64,000 nt of DNA from Lama glama. Lineage: Eukaryota. The DNA lies in the NCBI GenBank assembly GCA_028534125.1, contig CM052828.1:61380001-61444000 (forward strand), written 5' to 3'. Numbering within the stretch: the first letter of the stretch is position 1; each line of letters begins with the position of its first letter. Below the pieces are notes generated by a model. The model did no database searches and was not told the DNA's origin. It saw nothing but the letters and a program-made list of their open reading frames with translations. The translations under genes and the position numbers were made by a program. Shown here piece by piece: positions 35,301-47,300 of this stretch.

Positions 35301-38300
35301 GACGGCCTCACTTTCCCACGTGGACAGAGTGGTGCTGCCGGCCTTCCCACCAGTAAAACCTCGCGTGTTCCTTCCCCTGACGGTGCCGCACCGGTCAGGT
35401 GGCTCACGGGGTGTGTGACGTGGGGAGCCAGCACAGCAGCGTCAGAGGACGTGGGGACGGCCGGTACCCGGGGTGAAACCTGCAGGATGGTGACCAAGGC
35501 CAGACTTAAGGAGGCACCGCAGGCCACTCTCGAGACAGCGCCGGCTACAGAGACGCTGTTCCCATCGCTCCTGTGCAACCTGGTGTCCTGGCAGGTGCGG
35601 GAGAAGCCAGGGCCCGCAGACGGAGAAGCAGGGACCAAAGTCTCTGTTCACAGAATCGACAAGACATACGCAGGAAAGCTAGCAGACCAGGTGTGCTTAG
35701 CGAGACCACAGAATACAAAGTTAATACATAAAAACCGACTGTGTTTGTACTTATGAGTGATGACAGTGAAAACTGAAATTGGAAAGATACCAACAGCACA
35801 TTCACAAAATGATGCTTCTATGGCTTGAGCTTTTGGTGCATGACCTGAGAAATCTTTGTCTACTCCACCAAAGACATAAAATATACGGATAAATTTAAAA
35901 TATATACATACATATATACGTATGTGCAAGATGCGTATGCTGAAAACATCACGAAACACTGATGAGAGAAATTAAAGACCCAAGTTTGTGGAGAGACACC
36001 CCATGAAGGTCTGAAGACTCAGTTTTGTTAAGACGTTAACTCTCCCCAAATTAATCTGTAGACCAATGCAACCTTGGTTATTTTGGAAATTGAGAAGCTG
36101 ATTGAAAATGTAAATGATAATTCAAAGGACCTAGAATAGCAAAACAAGTCTGGGAGAGAACAAAGTTGCAGAGCTCACACTGCTGGTTTGAGACTTGCCA
36201 TGAAGATACGGGAATCCAGACAGTGGAAGGAACACAGCTGTGTCAGTGCAACAGCACAGAGGAGCCAGAGGAGACCCCCGCCCCCACCACACACACAAAG
36301 TCACTTGGTTTTCAAAAGGCACTGAGGGAACTCAGCTGCACGTCTATGAGGGAAAGTATGAATCCTGACTTCCACCTGTCACTCGAAATAAACTTAAATG
36401 TGAGAGCTAGAACTAAAATCCTTCTAGAAGAAAAAACAAGAAAATCTTCAAAACCCGGGGGCAGGCAAAGATTTCTTAGGCATGACACCAAAAATACAGA
36501 CCATAAAAGAAAGAAATTCGATAACCTGGACTTCATCAAAATTAAGAGCTTCTCTCTTCAAAAGACACTGGTAAGAAAATGAGAAAACAAGCCACAAACT
36601 AGAAGAAGATACCTGCGAAACACGCCTGGTAAAGGGCTGCGTCCGGCACGTGCTGGAAAGAGCTGTGACCTCAGTGAGGGCAGAGCCCAGCTGGAAGGGC
36701 GAGAGGTGTGACCCACTCCCCACAGATGAGAGAGAGGCGGTAGGCCAGCGCACGAGAGGGCGCCCGGCACCATGCTTCGTCACAAACGATGCTGTGCACG
36801 TTAGAACGGCAAGAGAATTAAAAACAGAAGCTGGCGACACCAAGCGCCAGAGAGAATCCAGAAGGGTGCAGCCAGAAAGGCAGTCCGGCGGTTTCCTGCA
36901 GAGGCAAACACACGCCCCCGGGAAGGAAAAGCTGTTCGCTTCTGCCCTTCTAGGTTCTCCGGGAACAAGGAAGATTGACAGGAGAAAAGCAGACGGAAGT
37001 TTATCCACGTGTGAATCTCAGATGTGCCTGTGGGAACTCGGTGATGAGCAACTCAAAGAGGTGGCTGCACCTTGCAGCAACTTAACCTGAAACCACCACC
37101 ACCAATTTTCAGAGACATAACGAGAAACAGGAAAAGGACTGGAGTTTCCAGGAAGGTGACTGCAGGTGGGAACCGATGCTCCAGAGAGCGGGTCAGCAAG
37201 GTCTGGGTGCGGGTTCCTTGGCGGCCCCTCGGGGCTGACAGGGTCTAGGGCGGCCTCGTCAGCTTCTGCCCGGGTTTGTGCTCCGCTGACCTTAGGACGG
37301 AGGGGTTCCCCTGCGTCTGCTCCTTCTCAAATGCCTTGGTGCAAACAAGCCCTGAGGCAAAGCGGTCAATTCAGGGGCGGCAGGGGTGCCCCGCGGCCCG
37401 ACTCCTGCGTATTTTCTAAGAGAAATGGAAACACAAAGACCTGGGCAAGAATGTTAACCGTGGACACAACCCTAGCACTCATCAGGTGATGACTGGATGG
37501 ACGTGGCAGGTCCACGCGACGGACACGCAGAGAGGACGGTGTTGGGCCAAGCAGCTGGTGCCACGGCCACATTCCGCGGTTTCATTCATGTGGACAAGAA
37601 ATAGATACGAGGTCGCGGTTGCCATGGGCAGGCATGTGAGGAGGACGCCAACTCCCGGGGCCGCGGGAGTTTCTGGGGAGGGAAAGTCTCCCTAATCGTG
37701 GTGCTGTTACAGCCCGGTGCACACTGGGGGACACCACAGACTCTACCCCTGACATGAGTGAATTCGCCACCTGTAAACGATACCTCAATAAACCTTGCTT
37801 AGGAACGTAGGAATAAAGGTCTCACTCCCCTCCCCTCTGAAGAGAGAAACTGCAGAAGCCCCTCCAGCTCCGGGGCTGGAGGGACAGAGGGGCTGGTGGT
37901 ACGAGCCAGGCCCCTGGGAGAGGAGGCTGGCAGAGCGGGGGAGGGACGAGGGCCCCGGCTTCTCCCCCTACTTGAGTCCCACCAGCCCTCACCCCCTCGA
38001 AGCCGGTACAGCCTCACCTCCATGCCTGCGTCTCCAGCACCCTCACTGGGACCCCCGCCCCGAGCCCACGGCCAGGCGCACGTGCGGCCGCACCAGGGAA
38101 CCTGAAGTGGGGCAGGCGGTGCCGGGGGCCCCACGGCAGACACTGCTTGTTTCCATGACACAAATTTATACCCTAGAACTTGGTTTCTCATCCCAGTAAC
38201 AACATGATTACTAGTCGTAACTTTAAATTACCCCTGGAGGCCCCGACAGCCTCTTCTGCAGCTGTGAGAGTGACAGTGAAAGCACCTGGATCCGGCTGCG

Positions 38301-41300
38301 TGGGACACACCCTCAATTTGAAGCCACCAGGAATTGCTAAACCATGATTTTGCTGGTTATCTTTAAAAATAGCAGTGCCTTCAACAGAACGATTAATAAC
38401 CAACTTGATTGTTTTGAGGGGACATAACTGCAGAACCAATTTGAGCAAGCTCTCTGATTAAAATTAAGATACTTCAAAATTTCTTTTCCTCAGGATTGCC
38501 ACTCAGAAAAAGCTCACACAGGCTCCAAGGGTTAATCAAACTCTTCTTCATTCTGGTAAAATCTGAGCCAGCTTCATCCAGCAGAATGTCAACCCCAGCC
38601 AAGTGCTCGGCCCCTTCCCTTTCCTCTTGGGACAAACCTCAGCACCCGCTGGACAGCAGGAGGTGAGTCCGGGCAGGAAATAAGCCACCACGACCCAGGA
38701 AGGACCACGGTCCTAAAAGGGGAGCCTGGTGACAGAGCCTGGGGTCAGGGCGGGTGGAGGGGGGCCCCTGGAGGGAGCAGGTGAGGGGGACGCGTCTGTC
38801 ACCCTGCCAGCCCTGTCCCTGCCACAGACACGGCGGACCTGGTGCCGCTGCCCCCTGCCCTGCGGTCAGACAGGGCCACTCAGGCTCAGGAGAGCTTTCG
38901 CTCCACACGGCCGGTGCCCGGAGTCTCGGGAAAGCACAAATCTGAACGCTTGATTAAACACGAAATATTTAGACAAACCCTGGGAAGCTGCCTTCCACAC
39001 GCTGGTGGGATGAACCCAGCAGGAGCGAGTTCTGAGGCGATGGCAGGGGAGGCCACCACAGGGGCCTCACGGAACGACCAGGTCAGTGTGGACATAACCC
39101 TCTGCTCCCTCGTCTCTGTGTACGACAGGTGCTGGGTCACTGGCTGTGCACCTTCAGGCAAGTGTCTAGTCCTCTCTGAGCCTCAGCAAGTGAGGGTGAG
39201 ACCTCCCTCCTCGGGTGACTGAAAGGCTCATGCAGCACGGGGCCTGGCTACAGCAGGACTCAGCACGTGCTGCCTCCTTTCGACTGTAAGAGCCACCTGA
39301 GGAACTGGGTGGAATTCCAGGTTCAGCCCTGGCAACCTGGGTCCACTGCACGGATGGGGCCTGGGAACTTGGACTTTGTACACTGCTCGGCTGCAGAGAA
39401 CACGTGGCTACATCTGAGCTCATCCCTACAGGACTAGTGAGACTCAGAAGACTGAGATGCAGTAAAAAGGCTACCAGTGTCACGAGGGTGCGACAGGCAG
39501 ATGGTGCAGGTCAAGAACGTGCAGGTGCAGGTGTTGGCTCTACGTGTGTTTATGGTGAGAGAGGTATAGTGGTAGAGTGGACGTGGGAAAGTTAAGCCCA
39601 GAGAACGATCTGGGTCAGATTATCAAAGGTCTTAAATGCACACTAGGGAGTATGGACTTCCTTCTCCAGGACACACCATGCAGTGTGGCCTCAAATTTGG
39701 CCATTTCTCTCTGTTTTTGTGTAAATCAGGCTCTAACTCCAGAAAAGGGTTTCTTTAGATGGGAAACTATCTATAAAACACACTGAACTTCTAAAATGGG
39801 ATAAATATAATGTACAGAGGCATCTTCAAAAGTTGTCCATTCTCTGGACAAACATTCAGTGACTGCTGACCGGCTGCTGCCAGGTGTGGCAGAGAAATGA
39901 TGGTCATTTCTGGGCCCTGACCCTCTTTGGAGCTTTCTCTTCGTGCCGTGGGAGCCAGTGGTCAGCTTTAAACTGGGAGGAGATGCTGACAGTCAGGCAG
40001 AGAACACACAGCTCTGGTACGGGAGAGGGGAGTGGCTGGAGGGGCGAGGGCCAAGCCGGAAGAGCTGGCTGCCACGGGGATAGGAAGAAGGGTGGCTCCC
40101 ATCGCGGACCTGGTGGGTCAGCAGGAGGGGAGGTGGGGCAGGTGCGGGTTTAGCGGGTAGTGATGAATCTTCAGTGGCCACCATGAGACCAGCATGCCAG
40201 ACACAACCCTGGGGCCTGCGGGGCCTGAGAGCTTAGGAAAAACCACTCACGGTGCGAGGTAGGGCTGGGGACAGACAGAGCTGCAGGGAGTGGCCACCTG
40301 TCTTGAGTGCTGCTGGCCTGGATGCAAACACGCCTGACCAGCCACGTGTGGGTGGCGAGGAGCTGGTGGGACGCCCCAGGAGTGGGGGACATGGTGACGC
40401 AGAGTCTGCAGGGTCAGATGCACGTAGACTCCACTGCTCTGCCCAGGAGGTAAGCACCCAAACGCCTCCAGCCAGGAGTGGCCAGGCCACCAACAGTTAG
40501 CTCGGGTCCCACGGCCACAGCTAGGCCCACATGGGGCTGCTCTGCTCTAATTCCGGTGCCTCGGGGGACAGACAGGGTTTTCCTGGGACAGAGCTGCACT
40601 TGCCAGACTGGTGGCTCTTGGCTCCTCCACATTCAAGGTGGGCTCACCCTCTCCAGGACGCTAGTGCCCCTGAGAGCACCCCAACATGTCCGAGAGCACA
40701 CCAATACATCTGAGTGTACCCCAACAGGTCTGAGAGCACCCCAATACCACCCAACCCTCCATGGAGAGGTGCTGAGGGTCAGGAACCGGCAAGGCCTGGG
40801 GACAGGGGGAGGGTCACCTGGCACACTGGCCCCTTCAAGAAGCCCTTGGAAGTCGTTTGGGGGCGCCCACCTTTGCCTCGAAGGATAGCCTCAAAACTTC
40901 TGCTGGCATGTCCCAGTGTCCCCACTTATGGGCTGTCACCCTGCATAGGCTGGCAGGCGGGGTCCGGAACAGCCAGCAAGGGCAGGTGGAAAATGCAGGC
41001 ATGACTAGCTCAGAACGGGGTGTCCAAAAGAGGCGCCCCAATCCTGCCAGGACAAGACTGTTCAGAGGAGGCGGGGAGAACAAGGAAAGCCCGTCGGCAC
41101 CTACCTATGATGGAGTCCCTCCGGAACACGTCTCTGTCGAAAACGTAGAAGGACAGGTGGCGGAAGCTCCTCGGGATCTCGCAGTAGAAGTCTTCTCCAT
41201 AGAAGGGGCTGGACAGAGACAGCAGGGCGGTTAGCCGCGGCCAGGCTGCGTCACCGCCTGGGGCCCACCCGGCACTGCACCCGGGTTCCCATGGGAGGCG

Positions 41301-44300
41301 GGAACTGCAGCTCCTCAGCTGGGTGAAAATGAACCAGTGCCAACAGGTGCGGACACCCTCCCCACGGCGGCCCCAGCGTTGCCCCTTCCCCTGAGACGAG
41401 TGAGCAGTGGGCTCAGCGCATGCAGCCCCCGGGAAGGCCCGCTGTCCATGTTAGAAGCACAGCTCCAAGACCCTGCGTCAGACAGCACCTCCTTTTCTAG
41501 AACTCATGGTGACAACCGCATACCTCTTGCCTCCCTAGCAGGGCCTGCATGCAGAGCTGGAGCGAGGAGCCCCGGGTCGCGGGATCGTGGGGTCACGGAG
41601 TCACGGACTCACGGGGTGAGAAGCGGGGGAGGACTGCGCATCAGTGGGGAGGGGAGAAGGGCCGTGGGCGGTCGGATGAGACCAGTCCAGAAGGGCCCAC
41701 GGCTGGTGCTGTCCACATGGGACCCACGGCCGAGTCAGGGAGCAGGAGGAGGGGCTGACCGGGCCGAGATTGGTGAGAACCCAGAAACCAGCCCTTCCAG
41801 CGTGAAAGGCCCCAGGAAGGAGGTCATGCCTGAGAGAGCACCGAGGGCGGGCTTGCAGGCCGCGTGGTCCTGGTAGACAGAGACTGCCTCCCGCCACGCA
41901 CAGGAGCCGACTCAGAGCACCGCACACCTGAGCGCGAGGCCAATCCGAGACACGTGGACGAAAACATAGGAATAATTCTTTGTGACCGGACTTAGGTAAC
42001 AATTTCTCAGATACAGCAAAAGCACAACAGCTAAAAGAAAAAACCTGGTAAGCCAGACTTCATCAAGATTAAAAATACTAAACATTTTTGCGTTTTAAAA
42101 GACACGAGGAAGTTAAAAGGCTGCTCCTCAGCCCGCGAGTCCACCTGGATGGAGCAGGGGCACAGCCTGGGCCTGAGCCGAGCCTGTAACCAGAGGCCAG
42201 GAGACCCCTTGCTGGGGTTAACCTCCAGAGCCAGTCACAGGCCATGTCACCCGGGAATGGGGCTGCCCTCAGGCGGGGGGCACAGAGCCTGCGGGTGCAG
42301 GTTTGCCAGGAAGCTGTGACGGTCAGAGCCACCCATGACAGCAGAAGATAGGGACGCCACAGGGCTGGACCGCCGGGGCTGGAGAGGGGAGGTGCAGCAG
42401 TGGGAACAGGGCTAGCACAGAGGCCCCGGGCGGAAGGAACAGGCAGACCAGGCGGCGAGGGTGCGGAGGGCGGCCCTGGGGGCTGGGGACCTGGAGTCTG
42501 GGTTCCGGGTTCATTTTAATGAGAAGCACCAGATGGTTTGAAGGAGTTAGATTTAAACTCCTAAATGTGTAGTTCATCCAACCTCTGTTTACCAGGGGCT
42601 GTGGTCCTGCTGGGGCACAGCCCCTGCCCGCCCTGCGGCCGTGGTCAGCAGCCAAGTGAAACCTTGGTGTTTGAGATGCAGTGGGTGCCACAGAGCCGGG
42701 TCATGTCCTGATGGGTGAACATTGAGCACGTGAACAGGGAAGGACCACGGGGAGACAGGGAAGAGGTTCCAGGTAGCCGAAACTGTGTGTGCAAAGGCCC
42801 TGGGGCTGCAGGACTCAAGGGTGAGGAGGCTGGTGTGGCCAGGACGAGAGAGGGGGGCCGGAAGCTGGGAGCTAAGGCCAGACCAGGCAGGGGGGTGAGC
42901 AGGGGGTCTGGCTCACAAAATACGGAAGGTGGGGCTGACGGACAGACTGCTGCGAGTGCCTGCTCCCTCGGGTCATGGAGGGTCAGGGGAGAGGGCAGGA
43001 GTGGTGGGCCAGTAAGGCAGCTGTCAGCAGGGAGGATGTGACCGTGGACAGTGCCCAGGGGACAGGACAGGACGGTCCCGCACCCGGACGGCGCTCCCCG
43101 CAGACCACAGCGGCTGTCCAGGCCAGGAGGGAGGGCGTGGCCACGGACAGCGTGGCAGCCCCCAGACCAGCAGCGACTCGACGGCCTTGGGACCGCTCAT
43201 CTGCAGACACCGTTGCCCAAGTGACTGTGCCCAATCCTTGCCCAAACTGAGCACACGTATCCCAGGAAGATGCCACTCTTCACAGAAAGCTGATTCATAA
43301 GTAGACTTGTATGTACATTTTTCCTGCATTTTCCTGTGTTCTCAACTCCTTTGTGGCCTGGATTCTGTTTGCTTTAAAAGGGACACGCCCGTGAAAAGGA
43401 CCACCCCTTTCACCTTAACTGAAGAGAAAAAGCTGCTTTTTCTCTCCAAGAATAAAAATCTATTGAGGATTTAAAATCAAAATTAGACCCACTAAGAGGC
43501 TAGAATCAAAGACAGAGAGTAACGAATGTCAGGGAGGACGCAGAGGAGCCTGAACTGTCATCCCCTGCTTGAAGGAACAGAAGATGGGGTAAACCCGGAG
43601 CAACCTCTGTGGCCCAACAACCTGCCCCAGGCCGATGCCCCGGAGCAGTGAACACACAGCCGCACAGAAACTGGGGCCTGCAGGCCTGCAGAAGAAACGA
43701 CGACAGGTGCTCGGGAGGGGCCCTGACCCACCGGAGCCCCAGCCCCATAAGCTCCAGCACCCGCGACAACCAGGACGCACCTGTCAGACACGATGCCCCG
43801 CGCGGGAAGCAGACTCCCACGGGCAAGCGGTGTGTGGCTCCTACGCGATGTGCCCTACCAGGCCTGCCCACGACGCAGAGCGGACTTGCGGTAGCCAGGG
43901 GCAGGGAGCAGCTAAAGGGAATGGGTTTCTTTTTAGGGAGATGAAAATGTTCTAAACGTGATTGTGGTGATGGCCACACAGCTCTGAATATACTAAACAC
44001 CAACTGTACATCTCCAATGGGCAAATTACACGGTGCGTGAACTGTATCTCAAAAGCTATCTTTCAAAAACCAGAATTTTAAAAATACAGAGATGTCAGAA
44101 AGTGAAAAACAGAATTACATTCTTGGGTTAGTATATCCTGTCCTAGTTTTTTTCTCTAAAGATAAATGGATATAGACTAAAAGTAAAAACAAACAAAGAC
44201 ACATTTTTAAAATAAAAGTGGGATTACATCATTTACCCTGACCCACAGTCAGCTTCTACCATTAGCATCAGGCTACGGACAACTGCCCAAATAAGTAAAT

Positions 44301-47300
44301 AAAACGTTAGTGGGCAGACAGCTCCTGAGGTCTGAGTGACCACGGCTGCCAGGCCACCCCTCTCACACGATGGGCAGCAAGTCCTCCGACTTCGCTCCAG
44401 AGGTGGCAGTAGCCCGGTGTCGGCCCCTCAGAACAGATCCAGTGGCTCCACAGAAGCAGGAGGGCTACTTGCCGTGCTGGACCCTAAGGAAGTGGGACCC
44501 CGCCAGCACGGAATCTGATCAACACTCACAAACTCGGCTAAACTGGTGACCATGACAACCTCCAGCTTTCATCGAAAAGTTTAAATTATTGGTAAGGGTG
44601 CGTATCTATCAAAAGTGTGGGACCATTTTTTGTTTCATTTTGTGTTGAAGTGCCTTTGGCCCGTTTTCTATTAAATGTCCATCTTTTCATATTTCTTTCA
44701 TGTTCAGGACACTAATCCACTGATAACTTTCAAATCTGTGTTTTAAGTTAAAAGACACAATGCTCATGCCCAACATACAAGGAATGCATTTGTTCATGAC
44801 ACCTGTCAGTTACAGGCAGGCAGGCAGGCAGGCAGGTGGCCTGGCCACTTCCGAAAATGCCCCACTGGAACCTCCAGGGGGTTCCTGCACAAAGGCCACC
44901 TCGGCCCAGACAGCAGCACCTCTCAGGGTAGGGGCGGGAGCGCCAGCACCTCCCACCTCGAGCAGGCCCACTGGATGAGACGGTGCCCCCGGCGCCAGCA
45001 CACACCGGGCCACAGTCGAGGCCACCACTCTCGCTGGACAGGAGAGCCTGCACATGTCCCTGCAGGGCTGCAGAGGAGGAAGCATATCACGGACCACGGG
45101 CCAGGGCGAGACGCCCCCACACGCCTGCGAGCGGGTCTTTCCCTGCTGGGGGATACCAGGGGCCATGCAGCCCGAGTCCCGCCCGTCGGCACCTCCACCC
45201 AGTGTCTCTCGCACAGGTCAGCATGGCAGGTGTGGCCTTTATGCCCCCGCACAGTTGCAGGCTTTTCCAAATAAAGGAAAAGTGGGCCCAGAGGGCTTAG
45301 CCCCTTAAGTGCCGCTGTCTGACAGGGGAAGTTAATCCACGCAGCGAGGTGGCCAGCGTGCTAGGCGGGGTGACTGCTGGGACAAGTGCAGAACGCGGGA
45401 GCAAGCTTGGAAGGAAATGAGGAGAAGCTCTGACACGGGGGGGGGGTGGGGGGGGGCGCCCCCTTTCCTCCTCCCTGAGCCCAGTTGTGCAGCAGCAGAC
45501 GGCGGTGGGGGGGGGGGCCCAGAGTCACTTCCCAGCATCAGCGTGAGGCCGGCCCCGCCCACCCTACCCAGTGGCCAGACAGCAGCTTTGCTCCTGAGGA
45601 AAGCGCCTGGTTTTCCCGTTTCATGCTGTGTCGCCAACACCAGCGCCCGTTTCCGGTGTGGGGAGCTGGCTTTCCTCTGGGCAGGGGGGCCGCATGCACC
45701 CCACATCCGGTCCCTGGTGAGAGGCCACTTGTGCCTTGATGTGCCACAGAGCAGGGGACCTGCGATGCCCCCACGGCCCCATGGCCCACCCCCTGGCCCA
45801 GCGAGACCTGGGAGCCAGGCAGGCAGGGCCAGTTTTCCACAAAGGGCACCAGCCTGGCTCTCAGCCGCTCAGTGTTCGGCGAATAAACGTGCAGGTGGCT
45901 AAACCATTAACTAAAACCTGGATTAAAATTCATTAAACCAAATACTAAGTGCAAATAGGGTTAGAGTTGGAGAGGGTGAGGAGGGTGCAGCCTGTGCCCC
46001 ACACGGGCTGTTGGGGCCCGAGGGGTCCCAGCACCCGCGTGCAGCCCTGGGAAGGCACCTCAGATACAAGACTCCTACAGCTCCTAGAGGCAGGAGAAGA
46101 CCCTTCCCCGTTCCTTCTAAGTCCACCTCCCACTTCCTTTAAACAGTGACTTTAAACTCCTGTAAAGTCCCTGCGCAGCCTGGCCCCTCGGCCTCTGAGC
46201 GCTCATCGTGAAAGCTTTCCTCTGAGGCTCCAGTAAGACCCTGCGTCTTACTCCAACCTCAGGGGTCACTGCAAGCAGCAGCCCCGCGGGGAGGGGCAGC
46301 TCCCAGGAGAGGTCGCTGCTCTGTCACCACGAAGGACAGGGTGAAGAAGTGAGGGCCTGTCCCACAGTGCCGTGAAGATCTGAAACAGGGACCAGAGGCT
46401 GTAGCTCCCTTCAACCGGAAGAACACGCTGCGGTCAGATCACAGTTTCTGTCCAAACACTGGAGAGAAGTGTCCTGCCTGGACCCCACCTGGGCCAATCC
46501 ACTGTGGCCTCATGGGACACAGGGGAAATGTGGAGACATGAGGGTGCTGGCCAGCAGGCAGCCTGGGGCAGGTGGACGGGGGTGCTGATGGCCTACCAGA
46601 AGCACCGGGACCCCAGCTGCACGTCCGTGCCTCAGAGCCCGAGCCACGGTGGGCGACCCACCACCCGTTTTCCTGGCCAGTGCAAGGCAGACGGCCACGT
46701 GGCCCCAGAACATTACTCTGCTCTGAGACTCCGTATCTCCCTCCCTCCGCAGAAACCCTGCTCACATGGGTCCACCAGACCCTGCTCGGCTCACCACCGA
46801 CACGGGGCTCCCACATGCAGACCCTCCTCTCACCCCCACGACCCCGAGAAATCACATATCCTTACCAACAAATTACAAACCACCACACTGATCTGTTAGG
46901 GCCCAGCCATGCTCCTTAAAGTACTTGAAACAAGGACTCCTAGGGAAAGCCAGCAGGACTCCAAAATCTTCAGAAAAGCCCTGGCGGGGAGGAAATTGGG
47001 GAGGGCCCCGGGGCCGTGAGCTTGTGAGGAGCCAAGAGGAAAGCCATTAACCACAGCGTCCTGACAGCCAGGCACTGCCTGGCCCACTGATCCGCAAGGA
47101 CTGACCAGGGAGGGTGGACAGGGCAGACTCGGTTCCTCCCCACTTGGGACATCCTGCACGCAGACCCACAGCCTTCCCTGCAGGGTGGTCTCTTCCCGCA
47201 GGGGTCCAGCCACACCTGGGCCTGGGCACCGCGGTCAGCTGGGCATCTGGGAAGCTCTGAGAAAAGCTCTGCACCCTGTGACTTAGGGCCTGAGGGAGGA

